Notes: generated by a model not told the origin, from the sequence alone. Positions 26,771 to 41,002 are shown, numbered from the stretch's first letter. The stretch is 64,000 bases of DNA from Harriotta raleighana (GCA_050575255.1 JBNZDD010013686.1:1188000-1251999), one strand, 5' to 3'. Made by a program: numbers and translations.

Positions 26771-27242
26771 TATCATACATACACCACTGAGTTGGCATTG
26801 GCAAAACAGCTCGGGTTTGCTTTGCTTTGCTATTGATTAAGCGGTCCGAGACACCATCAGACATGAGGGGCACTGTGTAAAGGCAAGCTGTTGTTGTTGA
26901 TGATTGTAAATTTCACCTCATATTGCTCATCATCTGAAGGTTGGATTTCAGCCACATTAGCGTATCAACTGACAATCGTTCAACAAGATAAATGGATCTT
27001 ACATGGAGCTGGCAGTTACTCTCAATGCTGCATTACTCAAATAACTCCATGCAGAGTTATACAAAACATATGGTAATCAACAAGTCCCAAGACTACTTTA
27101 AAAATTTTATGCACAGGATCCAGTCCAGTAGTGAGGTCCCCATTTACCTACTGAACTCGTGTGAACCTCAGCTCCATATAGATAAATAGGAAAGCAGTTT
27201 ATTTTATAAAAAGAGGAATCTCATTTTGCAAACATTCTGTCA

Positions 27243-27340
27243 ACAAAACATACAGTCAATTCACTTTACCGTATCTTCACCTTGAGGCGTCTCAAAGACT
27301 TGATCAAGCGCTATATCAAATGCAAGGATTATTATTGTTG
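27243..27340 (+). mobile_element. SINE 3' fragment
   Basis: TACAGTCAATTCACTTTAC...GCGCTATATCAAATGCAAGGATTATT. Confidence 0.8.
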
Positions 27341-29841
27341 AAAAGAATTTCAGCCCAATAATCAAAGCTGAATTCACTCAGTTTACTGACGACAATGTGC
27401 TGATTTGCACCTTCCCTCATCTTTCTGCCCTGATTCTCCCTTCCCTCCTCGCATTGTTTTTTTTTCTCATTGCTTTGATTTTTGTGCCCCATATTTTACT
27501 GTTTTACTTCCTAGCCCTTTTTCCCACCGCTCCATTCTAATTGGCAAAACACATTTTGATAAATTTCTGCTTCATAATCTTTCTGAGCCAAGATGGGCTC
27601 AGTTACAAAGAATACTTGCTCTGACGTGCATAAATGTTAGCACGTGTAAAATTGGATTCTACACATACGCTGCCAGACACACGGCCAAAAATGGTCCACC
27701 AGAGGGGGAAGAGAGCTGCTAAATGCTTGCTATAGCTAGTGTCAATGTGTACAGATCCTGACATATTTTATGCAATCTCAGAGGATAAAACCCAATTCTT
27801 CAAAAACACTCCCGTCATTTAGGTCTTTAGCACCATCATCATTTCGAAACTTCCTTGATACGCCAAAGAGACATAATTACACAGAATGGCTAGCTCAGTC
27901 TTCTGCATTTTAAGTGGCAGCACAACCATATCATAAACATTTTCAAGGCAAATATGAAATGACACCAACAATCACATTATTGTACACCCACACACTCCCC
28001 CATTTAAAAATGACTGTATTCCTAATCTAGTAGGTGTCCCACACACAGATTCAACCATGTGAGGTCAGTCAGGGAATCAAGTTTTTGACACACCCAACCT
28101 GAACTGGAGGTAAAAAGTGAAGTTGGGGAGGAGGATAAGGGGAGATCAGCTGTATTTATTCTAATCAGGATCAAATTTTCCATTGATCAGTAAACCCATA
28201 ACTGCTGGTACAATAATAACTACAACTTGGAACTGTGACAGCAAAGAACAAGTTTCAGGATTCTTGGTTCAAGCAAAATTCTGCTGTAATAAATTCATAG
28301 TAATACAGTATATACTTAACCTTCAAGTATTGTGCAATCCTAAAGTAAGGGATTTTTTTTTTAAAAAATGAATGTAATGCTCATAATCTTCTTTGAAAAC
28401 CCAAAGTACTTTGTTGGCCAAACAAAATACCTTCAAGGCAATCACAGAAACAAGTTTTGCCTGAACACAGAGGGCAATGAGATTAAACTTTGCATACAGC
28501 AGCTGGGTTTATCTCCTAGCCACAGTTCCATTTATTTACTTTCGACTGTTTCAGCTGGACGTTCTGTCCGCCTCTCCTGACATTGCCCTAACATGAAAGG
28601 CTGCACAGAATGAGTCTTGTGAGGGTAGAAACAAAACAGTACCAGTATGTCAGGGAGGCACTGTCCATATCCCTGACCTGGGAAATACAGAGACCCACAG
28701 TTCAGGCACAGCTGCTTCCAGCTACTGGTGACTAGTTTGCTTCTGCATTCAGAACGTGGGAGGAAGGTGACACTCCTTGTACACTACACCCTTTATTTAA
28801 ATTGTTCCTCTAGAAATTTATTCTTTAAAGGGCATGGTTTGTTAAAACAGATAGATATATATATATATTACAAATATACTGGATAACTAAATCATTAGGG
28901 AATCGATCCTCTGGTCATATGTCCTGGCTAACCTAACCCATGATTTTAAAGCATATCCCCCCCACCCCCTCCGACTGTTTTCTACTCAGCTGTGTCAGCC
29001 TCTCCTCTTAACTCTCACCTCAAAATCCCCAAACCAACCTTGTTTGCATTTTTTTTCCTGAATTCTCTTGAGCTGCACACAGACCATGTGGGAAATGGGC
29101 TCAGCCTGTGTATGGAAATTAACACACAGGCTGTGTTGTCTGCTTAGTTAAAGAAGAACCACCAGTGGTAGGAGTGTAGGAGTATCTCTCATTAAAACAA
29201 AATGTTTTTTTTAATTGATATATGGACTGAAATTTGCAATGTTTCACAATGCGTTTGTTTATTGTGACACTATAATTGTCAGAAGGAATGGGTCATGTAA
29301 CTTTGCACATTTCCTCCCTAGATTTCTTTGGTCGAGTAAATGCTAGAATTACAACATTAGCCCATCTACTGAAAGCAAACAGAGCCCAAAACTCCTTTAA
29401 AATAGACCACAAACAATTAGAATGTCTGGGAATGTAGGTTATAAATTCAGTTACACATAGATAGGAGGGGTTGTTTCAGGCCTTACACAAGAACACCTAA
29501 TCCTGGGATGTGCTGTATTCTGCCTTACAGGTATGAATGGAATGCGTTCCTAAAAAAATTGGGAAATTTCTACCAAAAACATGAATAAAAATGAGAAATA
29601 AAATGGGTATAACTAATCTCACTAAACATATTGTTTTGTTGAAGTTTTCTTTATCTACTATATTTTGCGCTTTTGTTACTGCACTATATATTTTGAAGAA
29701 TTTTTGTATTGCATTTCAAATGCAGTAGTTTAATATTCTCGTTGAAAATATTTCCTTTACTTTAATCACATCTGTCTTTCCCCGCACAGAGCGGAAAAAA
29801 AGGGAGTAAATGTATCTGGGTCTAGATATTTAACACAGATT

Positions 29842-29907
29842 ACGCTTTGAGACGTCGATAACGTGAAAAGCGCTATATCAAATGCAAGGATTGTTAGTAT
29901 TATTATT
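29842..29907 (+). mobile_element. SINE tail only
   Basis: CGCTTTGAGACGTCGATAACGTGAAAAGCGCTATATCAAATGCAAGG. Confidence 0.75.
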
Positions 29908-30321
29908 AGAATTACATACAATGTGCAGCACAGACAGGCCATTTCGTCAATCTAGCCTCAGGATTTCAACAAAATGGTTGTGCTGCCTGTTACGCTTCTG
30001 AATTTAGTTAATCGAATGTTAATTACTAAACAAAGCAGATGCATGATTGTGGATAGGCTGTCCGATTTCCTTGTATTTCTGCAACCATACTGAATTTACA
30101 TTATCACCTTTCCAAATCAGGGCACCTGTGCTTGAAACTCCCTGAAGGACAGCTGCAGAGAAACGATCTCATCTTCACAGAAGAGTGTCAGGGCACTGCG
30201 TTCATCTCAAAATTCCAGAAATCGAGCTGGAAACCCGATCGCAAACAGACACTGCTCAACTCTTCCACTGTCACTGTTGGTCTGTTCCTAGTTACATATA
30301 CTGTACCCTGCTCTCTTTGGA

Positions 30322-30432
30322 CATTTTGCCCCCCAAAACATTCAGTCAATTCACAGTATATTCTGTGAAGCGCTTTGAGGCATCTCAAAGAGGTGACTCA
30401 AAGGCACTATATCAATGCAAGGTTTATTATTT
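30322..30432 (+). mobile_element. SINE 3' fragment
   Basis: Matches family tail. Confidence 0.8.
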
Positions 30433-33054
30433 TTTATCATTTAATCAGCTGGTATATTTTAGTAATAGCAAAGAGCCTCTGATATTAATAATATCAAAAC
30501 ACTTACATCCCAAGAAAAAAAATTATGTTGAAAGATTTTGTTTCACAGTGGCTGGAGTTATACCAAAACTGATGTGAAGCCGCAGTAGAGATCATCTATT
30601 TAAGGTGGTCTCTTGCTGCTTCTGAAATTCAGACTGGTTCTTGTAATTTCATGGGAAACATTATGGGTCTGTGTCAAATTTTGCCTCAAATTCATGCACT
30701 CAATGGTTTTACTGGCCTATAAATTTTAATTCCATTTCACCTGATTCAATTGAACTGTAATCTCATTGCTTTCACTAAGAACAAAATGTTTCTCCAAAGG
30801 AGGACCACAATAGCAGCATCAATGCATCTCTTATATATATATTTTTTCATACTTTTAGTAGGACTGGGGTACTTCTATTAAAACTTACAGGAGTACACTT
30901 CATTCTGCTCACTTTGTTCAGTGATGTAGTGTTTACATGAATCTATATGGGTCCAACTGCTCTAAAGAGAGGAGGCATGCTGGTCACTATTTTTTGGCCG
31001 AAACACTGCTCTCACATGAGACATTCTCTCCCTGATTACTGTTGGGAGATGGACACCATGAAGGTTATTTTTATTGTAGTAAAACACATTTTAAAACAAT
31101 TACATTGACAGGCAGCCAGAGGCAAAGTTTTAATATGATATAAAAAAAATTCTGCAACAGGAAATCCCCACGACTCGACAATGCTGTCCACCTGTCAACC
31201 CTTTGGCTAAACTGCGCTGGAAATAAATGCTGAAGATGGACTAACAGGAAAATAGCATTAAACTTACACAAGAGTCACATCTCAACAATTACTCAAATTT
31301 GCTGAATTGATTTGAAGATCCCGTGGGGGGGACAAGATGCAAAGATAAAATGAACTATATTATTTAAATCAGGTCAACACTCTACTGTAGATCAATATAT
31401 ATATTTTTCAGTTAATTCCTTCCCGTAGTCAGAATAAACAACTGATTTGTGATGTCAAAATTATGGATAATTACACATGAATTGCATAACTTACTCAACA
31501 CATAGCTGCATGCCTCAAAATGGCTGAACTTCAGGGCAATTTCAACCTGTAGCAAATAAATGTCAAGTTTTCTCACATCTAAAGTGACTGAGTTCATCTT
31601 GTGCTGATTGTACGCTGAATAAGGTCAATCCGCAGCCTAAACCAATTATGCAAAAGTAATTCTTTGTTTCTAAATTGACAATAACATTGTAAGCCAATAC
31701 GTGTTACCAGAAAAATAATGCTGTAATAAATTGTTCTAATCCTTCAGATGGACCTACCTCCAGGAGTAATGTTTATGCGAAAGAATGGGATGCAAGATCT
31801 GAACCATATTGGTTCACTTTGCCCCTGAAATCAGAAAAACAATCTTTACACTGATCTCAAAATTTCCTAGACAAGAGAATGCACCATTCTCTGCTGCCGA
31901 GAAAAACAGGGAGAAATATGTGACATATGGTTCATTATGCATTTGCTGTTATAATTACCACAATGAATGAAATATGAAATAATGCAGGAGTAGCTCCTTT
32001 CAGCACTCCAGTAAAACCAAATAAAACTTACTACAACCGCACTGATCATTTTACATTTGCAACACTGAGAAGCAGATGTTTTACTCAATCTGGTTTCGAT
32101 TAGAAGGCCTTAGCTTTCCCAGCAACAGCTACCAGTACAACTGAGCTAGAGCAATACTTTTGCAGCTAAAATTCTGAAGACAACACATCTCTGTGGGAGT
32201 GGGAGGGTGTGAGATAGCACCAACATTAGCCTGATTTTAGTGCAATAATTCTGGCTGCACCCCTGTAGACATGCCAACAGGCTTTATCTTAGAAAGTGGG
32301 TCTGCACTGTGGTTTGATGGATTGATGTGTATTACAGAAACAAAGCATGGCGGATTGCAACTGTTTTCATAATGATGGCTCACGTCCTCTTGTCTTCCTA
32401 TGTCACAAACCTTGTAAGCTACAAGTCCCATGGTGATAGAGCACTGCAAATCCTTGCCCAAGAGGATTATCACACCCTGGCTTTCAAAGGAACTACACTT
32501 CAGATTTAACTCATTCATTTTCCTGAAGAATTACCGGGTGTTTTATCGGTCAATCAGCTACATTGTGATAAATTCTGCAAATAACATTCAGAGCTACGTC
32601 AGCCAACATCTCCAGTGTGCTTGCTTCTTTCCAAGTCCCATTTAGATCCATGCAAGTGAAGGAATTAAATATTATTTTTCAAGGATGCAATTTTACAACT
32701 TGCTGTAATAAGATCAGAACTGTTCAAAATTAAAATGCAAGGCAAATTATTTATGATTATAACATCATAGAAAACACATTCCCTCCCCCCCCACCCATCA
32801 GCGCACAAGTGATTGTGGATTATTTGTTCATTTTGCACTGCACCTATCCCTAAATCCTTTAATATTTTCACAAGTAGTCCAATTTGTTTTCATGTGAATT
32901 GATGCAGTCCCCACTCTTTAGCTAGGAATTGGTTCCAGACATGTGTTCCTCTATGGAGAAATACTATCTGTCTCTTGCAATGCGTCAATTTTTCTCATTT
33001 TAAATCTTTTAAATACAGCTCTGCTCTTTCCACATTCAAATCAAATAGTCTGCT

Positions 33055-33460
33055 CACAACTTTATCATCTGTACATCAGAAGGTTATGGGTTTGAATCCC
33101 AGGTCAGGACTCCGACTCACAAAGTCTAAGTTGATACCCAGTGCAATGCTGGGGTTTGTTGCATTGTCAAATGTATTGTCCTTGGAATGAGATGTTAATC
33201 CAAAGACCTGTCTATTCAGGTGAACGTTGCAGAACCAATGATACTATTTGAAAAGAGAGAGGAGTTTCTGCTGGCATCCTGGCCAACAATACCCCAAATT
33301 AAAAAATGGTCATTGGTTTCATGGCTGTTTGTGGGACACTGCAGTGGGCAATTGTACTGCCTCATTTGCTTACAAATATACAGTCACTCCATTTCACAGT
33401 AAATCCTGTGAAGTGCTTTCGTATGTCCTTCCAATGTGATAAGGCAAGGATTATTATTTT
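33055..33460 (+). mobile_element. Near full-length Deu-domain SINE
   Basis: B box-like GGGTTTGAATCCC, central domain aligning to 17450-17760, tail ...GCAAGGATTATTATT. Confidence 0.75.
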
Positions 33461-34164
33461 TATCATCCATCAATTTAAAGATCAGGATCGGATGGCAACT
33501 CAATCATTTTCTTTCTCCTGAGAGGAACCTTTCTTCATAGCAACAAGTTCAGAATTAGCCGTGTCACCCTCAGCAACACTGCAATGTCATTTTGAAGTAG
33601 GCTGCCCCAAACTACGCACATGATTCCCAATGTGCACACACAACATTGGCTGCAAAGGGGATGAAGTGCTGAATATTGTAATTGTATTTGATCATGATCA
33701 AGAATATAAACTTCATCAGAAATTCATATAACAGCCTTGTCATTGATGCAATTGTTAATTAAAGTTAGAGGATGAGGAACAGGTATAATGCATTTGAAAA
33801 TAACAATGGCCCTTTTAGCAATATACCATCAAAGTGAGATAACCACAAAATTCAACAACTTGCATAATGTACTTGTACACTTACACTTGTATAATGCCTT
33901 TCATGTCAGGAGAACATCCCAAGACGCTGGAGACAATCAGCATATGAAATGAGCTGCAAAATAGGACTCTGGATATAAAGTATCATATGGAAGTATAAAT
34001 GTTGTTGGACAAATAAATAATATTGAATAAAGAATGTATTGCTTAATAAAATAAAAAAAACCTCAAAGACGCATGGAACACACACTGAGCTTGTGAGCAC
34101 ACCAACAAAATGTCAGCTGTCTCTTGGCAATACCACATAATCAACAGGTGATCCTGTTATCCAT

Positions 34165-34208
34165 TCCCCACCCCACCACCTCCCCCCCCCTCCCCCCCCA
34201 CCACCCCC
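34165..34208 (-). repeat. C-rich tract (G-runs on the transcribed minus strand; G-quadruplex-capable)
   Basis: CCCCACCCCCACCACCTCCCCCCCCCTCCCCCCCCACCACCCCCC: five runs of four or more C. Confidence 0.7.
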
Positions 34209-35694
34209 CGGAATAAAGCTGCACCCAGAAGGAAAAACTGTAAATAAAACATTAATGGGAAGGGTGGGCTAGATGGATCCATGCTCTAATTCCTGAAATC
34301 GTTGCTGGGTAATTCTGATATGGCAACAAAATCAACAGGTGACCACGAGAAATTATTCAGGCTCTTTTAGGTTTGTCACACAGACTTGCACACGGAAGGG
34401 AAAAGACGCATCTGGTGTACCCTTTTGTTGAATCAGCAACATTGTCATCCACATGCTCAGCCTTAAATCCTCTTTAGTCGCTGTAGTAACGGCAGAGGGT
34501 GAAAAACAACTAATCAGGCCTGACCTACAGATGTCAGCCTCATTTCAGCTAACTCGGCAGAACTGCCACGCACGCCTGTGATACTGGGAAATAAAAAGTC
34601 TTACTTATACCTCTGGCTGGATTCCACAGATCGCTTCATGGTCCAGTCCTGACCTCTCTCTTTCAGTATGCTTAATCTGCTACCCCAAGGGCACATGGAG
34701 CTCACTCACAGTACGCTCCAGTTCACACTTGCTTACTGCAGCCATTCCTTCAATTGCCTAAACGATGGAAATTCTTCTTATTCACATAACACAAGCCATG
34801 TTGTAAACACTAACAGCTGAGACCACCACATTACCGTCACTGGTATAGATGGCAATTGTGTATAACATGAGGAAGTAATTTTTGTTAGTATTTAACCACA
34901 TACAATTTTCTACGTTTGAGGAAGGTACTGTATTTAAAAAGCTTCTTCAACAAGTTCAGCCAAATTCATTTGAACCCAATTATGAATAAACCAACACGTA
35001 GAGGGTTGAGTGAATTCCCCAAGGACATCATTGATGACAATAATCTGCACTTGGTGCTAGTTTCTGTCCTGTGATAAATGACATGTTGCTTGTTCGGGAA
35101 TAAAGTGCACATTGAAAGCGCAGTTCATTCGTACTGTATTTCACAGATGAAAGAGAAACGAATGAAACAAATACTAAACTTCAAACCCTCTCTATGGTTA
35201 AGATTAGGGGTCGCTAAAGGGTGTCAATAGCAGTTTCATACCACATCAGTGATGCAGGACATGACTAAATAACACCGCTGAAGACCACCTGTAACCCAGT
35301 GCCAGGCCGGAGCGGTGGCCTGTATCTGAGTTTAAGGTTATTGAGGCACGAGTGACGTGCTATGCCTATACTCTGGAGCCCTGGGACTCGATAGCAATTA
35401 TACCAATACCTCATCGGATGCTGTTCTACCTCTCCTCTGACACAAGAGCCCAGAAATATCCTAAAGTGTGAATGAATGGGTTAAGCGCTTCTCTCAGAGT
35501 GGAAATGGAACACGACATGATCATCGATTATTCTACTCACGACTCGACCTAAATAAACCATTTGTGCTCCATCATTCCAGAATTATGAAGCCAGGTTACT
35601 CGGTATCCTACAAATGATCGCCTTCTGTTTTCATCTTTCCTCATGAATTATGGGAACATAGTGTACTGTTAGGTCTATTTACATATCTATAAGT

Positions 35695-35773
35695 AATATA
35701 ATCCTTGCATTTGATATAGTGCCTTATCACGTCATTGAGACATCTTAAAAGTGCTTCACAGGATATGCTGTAA
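35695..35773 (-). mobile_element. SINE tail fragment
   Basis: Reverse complement of family tail. Confidence 0.75.
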
Positions 35774-37241
35774 TATTTTGTGGGCTGAAGTAAAATCTTG
35801 TTGTGAATGTAGAGACATATACTTTCAATTGGCTTGTGCTCAGCAACATCTAAACTACAACAACAACTTGTATTTACTGTATATAACGCCCCTCATGCAG
35901 AGTAGCGTCCTGGAGTGCTTTATGAATGTGCATTACCTACACAGAGCGCAAAACATATTTAAAAGCAATTCTTACTCACAGGGCACTTCAATACCTACTT
36001 CAACTGATTTTTTTTTCCATTCGCAGAATGTTCTGCATTGAGACAGACTCAGACACTGACAGCTTTATAGCCATTTAAAAAGCCAGCAGCTGCTAACAAG
36101 AGCTTGTTATTGGGAGAAAAATGCTGCAAATTTTGACCTCTACATCTTAGAACAGGAAGTGAAACTAAGTTACCCAGAAATGGCCTCTCAAAGCAATTAA
36201 TTTTCAGTCAACACACAGTAAGAGTACCCAGCATATGGGAAAAGTTTAAGGGTTAAAAATAAGTAAAAGGTTCTATTGATAACACCGAGAATTTGTAGAG
36301 GTTCAAAACATGAATTGTGCGATGACATAAATTGCTGGTAAGACCCAATATTTAGCAAGCGATTAAAAACCCCCAAAACAGAATCCGAGAGCAAGTGTCA
36401 ACAAAGTGACACTGACATGTAAACAATGAGCTGAAGATGAAAGTTAAAGCACAAGTTAAACAATGAAGATTTTAAACAGGTAACAATCAAACTAGCCTGA
36501 CGGGAGTGTCGCTTTGAGGAAATCTATCCAAAGTATTCACCACACCCCCCCCACCGCCACCACCATCACCCCCTCACAAGCTCATGGCATGCGCTGCTCA
36601 AGGCAAAACAAGTTACCAGAGCAATGGAGAATCAGTCCTCCCACCTCAGGAAACTCTGCGTCAGATCCTCATTGACAAGAAGTGCAGTGGTCGCCGACCT
36701 ACTTCACAGGCATAAGCAGCACCATGTTCTCCTGATCAGCAGCTGCTGCAGCAGTCGGGTTTCTGTGAGATCAGGAAAGCTGGAGCCGAAGTGGTCTGAT
36801 CGCTCACATAAAGGACAATAACCGGGAGTCAGCTCAGCAATGCCGCCAAAACCGTGGCCCTTCCTCCAGAAAGGCCACCCCTCGAGGAGCCCGCCAATCA
36901 TAGCAGGATCACGAGGCTAGATTTTCACAGAGTGACGAGAGCCTGCCTTTCACAGCCACAGCTTATGGCTGCTGCCTGCAATATAGTGTGCAAAGGCAGC
37001 CAGACAGCTGTAGCTGACTCAAGCTCTCCGGGATACTACCCTGAGTGAAAGCGCTATATAAATGCAAGTTGTCATTTGTCGTTGTTGTTGAAAGAGCAAT
37101 TTTTTTTTTAAAAGAGACGCGAGTTTGCAAGTTATGAAATAAACTTGTAACGTCGCAGATTCTTTTCTGTTTGATCGACCGGCACAGACGAGTTTGAGAA
37201 AGTTTTTTGCACTTCTATCACCCAATTCCCCATCAATACCC

Positions 37242-37350
37242 ATTTCACCCACAAAACACACAGTCACTACGCTTTGCAGTATATTCTGTGAAGCGCTTCG
37301 GGATGTCTCAGTAGCAGGTTATATCAAATGCAAGGATTATTATAATGATT
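37242..37350 (+). mobile_element. SINE 3' fragment
   Basis: Matches family tail. Confidence 0.75.
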
Positions 37351-39354
37351 ATATACAACAGATGTCACTGCAGAAGAAATATGAGCATTTACTAATCTGG
37401 GAGCAGGGCTGAATGAGGTAAACAAAGATGAACTAAAGGGAGGCAGATGTAACAATTAGAATAATTAATGACCTTGTTTAGAAACAGGTGAAGAGATTTT
37501 GGAATCAAATATCCATCGAAGCCACTTTGCGAAAGCTTCTTTTACAACTGCTATAGGGAGTCCATGGGTTCTGTAATTGCTGTAACAAACAGCCCAGCGC
37601 TGAGCAGCAAAAGGGAACTGGTGTCACACAACACGGAGATGTCTGTGATATTTAATAGTGTTACACACAGCTTCGAACATTGCTTCTCTCTAATTACAGG
37701 ATTGAATCTCAGGCTTCTATGGTAATGACTTCTCTCGAAACAAGTTCATTCTTCTAAAGTTTCTGATTTAAACACAGGAGGGAACCCGCAAGTATTCAAG
37801 ATTAAGTATCCAGAGGGAAGCAATAACCAAAATGTTTCCCACTTCTGTTTAAGCGACTTTCTAATGCTTTACATTGACTGGAGTAGAAACAGGTCAAATT
37901 TACAAATTGTTTTGAATAAAAACAGGCTAGTTTGAAACCGAATCAAATGAATTGTTAAGTTAGATTCAATCCATCTTCACGTCTTATAATTTCAACCTTG
38001 ATCTTAAAGATCTGGACGATTCCGCTCTCATTTCATATATATTTTGCTCCCGTTTGTTTTGTTGCTGGCTGTGACCCAGTGAGTTAAGTGTTTTTATCCC
38101 TCCAGCTTTGCAATGGAATATTTTCCCACCAATGATTTAATCATGCCTTGTTTTCACAGATAGCAAAGTAACTGCCACTGATGTGATGGGGGAATTTCCA
38201 TCCCATGCTTATTCTGTTGATGACTTGAAGATTTCTAACCATTGTGATTGTTATCCTGCAAAAGGCGTTGTCCATTCAAATCCAAAACTACAAAGGTCAA
38301 CGCATAATTTTAACCACTTAATCCATCATTTTAATTCCAGTTAGAAAATTGAGTCAAAACAAATGTTCTGCCCACTATATGAAAGGCACATCGAAAACCT
38401 TTTCGTGACTAATAAAAAAAAGATATATTATTGATTTATTGTTTGAAATATCTGTTTCCTGTCACTGAAGTGAGCTCAGGCTGGTTACAAAAATGCCCAA
38501 AATAACCTTTCTGCCACGTAGGAGTGAATAATTTATGGAATTGTTAATGTTTAATTCTGCTGCGCATTATATGCAGTGATGGTTTTTTTTTAGTTCAGCA
38601 TCTGAATAAGCTTCTCTGTTCAATGAAGACTGATTAAATCGGCACGAAAATGCTATCCAAAAACATACCGACAAGTGATGTTTAATGCTTCACCTTAACC
38701 ACTAGACAGTCGACTTAACTTCTACAACATACAAGTCTAACAAACCGAGACATTTGATTTTTTTTCCCCCAGGTCATATACATTACAGCCAAGCACATTA
38801 TTACATAAGTGCACATTTCTGCAGAACTTTATTTAAACTACATTGCAAAATAGGCTACTGGCTTGCAATATTCACGGCAGAAATATATATATATACATAT
38901 ATATATTCTATAACAACACAAAATGGGAAAAGAGAAAGAAAAAACACACACACAAGTCTTTGGCAAANCACACACACACGTCTTTGGCAAATGTCCAGTT
39001 TGTTTTTCTCTCTGGAAGGGGCAAAGACATAGCAAAATTCTGCTTGAAACCACCAAGGTGAACTGTTGACTTCACACGCTCTCTCCAAGCAGCAACGCAT
39101 TCACATTTACCGTGATTTTGGTGTGGAATCACATTAAACGACCTGCCTTGTAAAAACTCACCACAGAAACCCCCCCCCCCCACAGAATGTCAGACTCTCT
39201 GTGACTGAATCATAAGCAACCCTCTTGCTCTGGACAGTCACAACAAGCCTTACCAGAAGCTTCTTTGCCTGACTGCCAGAGCCAGGAGGTGAGTTGGACA
39301 GACATCCAACTGAAACATGCCAGATATACACTGGAAGAGCAGTCACTAGTGCTC

Positions 39355-39705
39355 AACACAACACAACTCACACACACTCTCTCTCACACACACACACACA
39401 CAGCAAAGCTCACAGTTCTGGGTGAGGTTATGACTAGCGCCATTTTAAATGCAGTGATTTCAAATCATTAGGGTTATAACCCGCATATATATATATATAC
39501 AGTCTATACAATAAACTACCGTGTGTCTGGGATATACAAACGTCAGCTGTGTGTGTGTGTGAGTGTGAGTGAGTGTGAGAGAGACAGAGAGAGTGAGAGA
39601 GACAGAGAAGAGAGTGTGAGCAGCTACTGTAGGGGAATTTCAAAAAATGTCGACTGTGGTCAAGAAACGCTTTCGTGACCTGAGAGAGAGAGAGAGGAGA
39701 GAGAA
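39355..39705. repeat. Cluster of (CA)n, (CT)n, (TA)n, (GT)n and (GA)n microsatellites
   Basis: Direct reading at 39355-39402, 39486-39499, 39548-39620, 39682-39704. Confidence 0.9.
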
Positions 39706-40012
39706 GCAAAAAATAAAGAGTCCCAGTCATCCCTGTCACACACAACAGTTTTTATTCGTTTTCACCGATTAGGGGGAGAGAAAGGGTGGCAATTGCTGAA
39801 CGTTGCTGCGGCGTCTTTTATTTCCCTCCCATGAATTCATCTGCCACGTTGAGGCGGTGTTTCTTGTCAGCCTTCTGATAGTTTCCTGCTTCCCTTCTGC
39901 CTCAGCATCGACTGTACATCCCGAAGGCAGAATGGATTTCGCATCCCCTGCTTTGCGATGCAAAAGGCTTTCCAGTCTTTGCCTTTGTCGTCATAGCAAT
40001 TTTATCTGAGAT

Positions 40013-40049
40013 CTCACTCTCACTCACTCACACTCTCACTCACTCACTC
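40013..40049. repeat. (CACT)n simple repeat
   Basis: Direct reading. Confidence 0.9.
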
Positions 40050-40617
40050 TGCTTAACAGTGGTTGTCTCTATGCACTAGGACAAGATCAACAGATCAATT
40101 AAAAGGAATGCCCTACACTCTTCTCACAATAGCTATACTTCACTATACAATGAATCTCAGCCCTTCACTGTGTCCCCCCCCCTTTTTCCCCCCTTTGCTT
40201 GTAGCTCTCTTGTCTCACACAGGCTACAAAGATGTAGGCATAGGATTCAGAGACTCCAGACAATAGCAATGGCATAGCAAAGCCATCACCAATACATTGT
40301 GGGTCCAGCTTATATATATCTATACATGTTTTAAGAAACCCACAGAATAAGAATAACCCCAAGAACGCCTTCATCCTCATGCGTTAATGAATTAATCCAT
40401 CTCCTAAATCGTAGCCAACAGTACATACACGGATCCGGGTTGGAAACGCACAACGCACTTGACTGCGATGTAATCGTTTCACGATCACCGGCGATAATCA
40501 TCAGAGCACCCACTGCACTGTTGCACAACAAGAAGGATTATTATTCAATGTTGATTTTTTTTTTTGCTTTCGCCCTCCCCCTTGGTTATGCAGACAGAAT
40601 GCCTCACAAAGCAGCCT

Positions 40618-41002
40618 GGAGTCATGTAGCTCAGTGTGAGAGCCTTCGCCTTGCAAATGAGAGCACCTGGGTTCAATTCCCAGCCAGGGCGTGAAACCTT
40701 GGGCAAGTGTTCCTTACTCAAACACACCTAGTACAGTAATAATCCTTCACAAAAAACACACACAATCCACCACTGTTTGACTCCTGACTGTTCAGCTCCC
40801 TGGGAAGTCCTTCCAATGTGAAAGGCGCTCTATAAATGTAATCTTGTTGTTGTTTGTAGGACACTGCTGTGAGCAATTGGCTCCTGCGTTTCGCCCACAA
40901 ATATAGAGTCAATTCACTTTACAGCATATTCTGTGAGACGCTTTGAGATGTCTAGAAGACCTGAAAGCCTCTATATAAAATATAAGGATTGTTATTATTA
41001 TT
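40618..41002 (+). mobile_element. Full-length tRNA-derived SINE; nested L2 tail at 40780-40850
   Basis: TAGCTCAGTG...GGTTCAATTCC head, same body and (ATT)n tail; insert flanked by TGTTTG at 40774-40779 and 40851-40856. Confidence 0.9.

Larger units (their letters stand above)
39100..40520 (-). promoter_or_regulatory. Candidate promoter / non-coding first exon region of the MBNL gene
   Basis: CpG visibly retained, no recognisable TEs, YY1 consensus GCGCCATTTT at 39437-39446 (AAAATGGCGC on minus), GA/CA/TA microsatellites, and three minus-strand donors downstream (CTG|GTAAGG at 39254, GTG|GTGAGT at 39162, ACG|GTAAAT at 39111). Confidence 0.5.

Noticed and set aside
34595-34615. Minus-strand donor-like sites (TAA|GTAAGA, GAG|GTATAA)
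   Set aside because: No convincing matching acceptor or other support; such motifs are common in long introns.
38944-38991. Duplicated (CA)n-GTCTTTGGCAAA
   Set aside because: Separated by an N at 38968; likely an assembly artefact.
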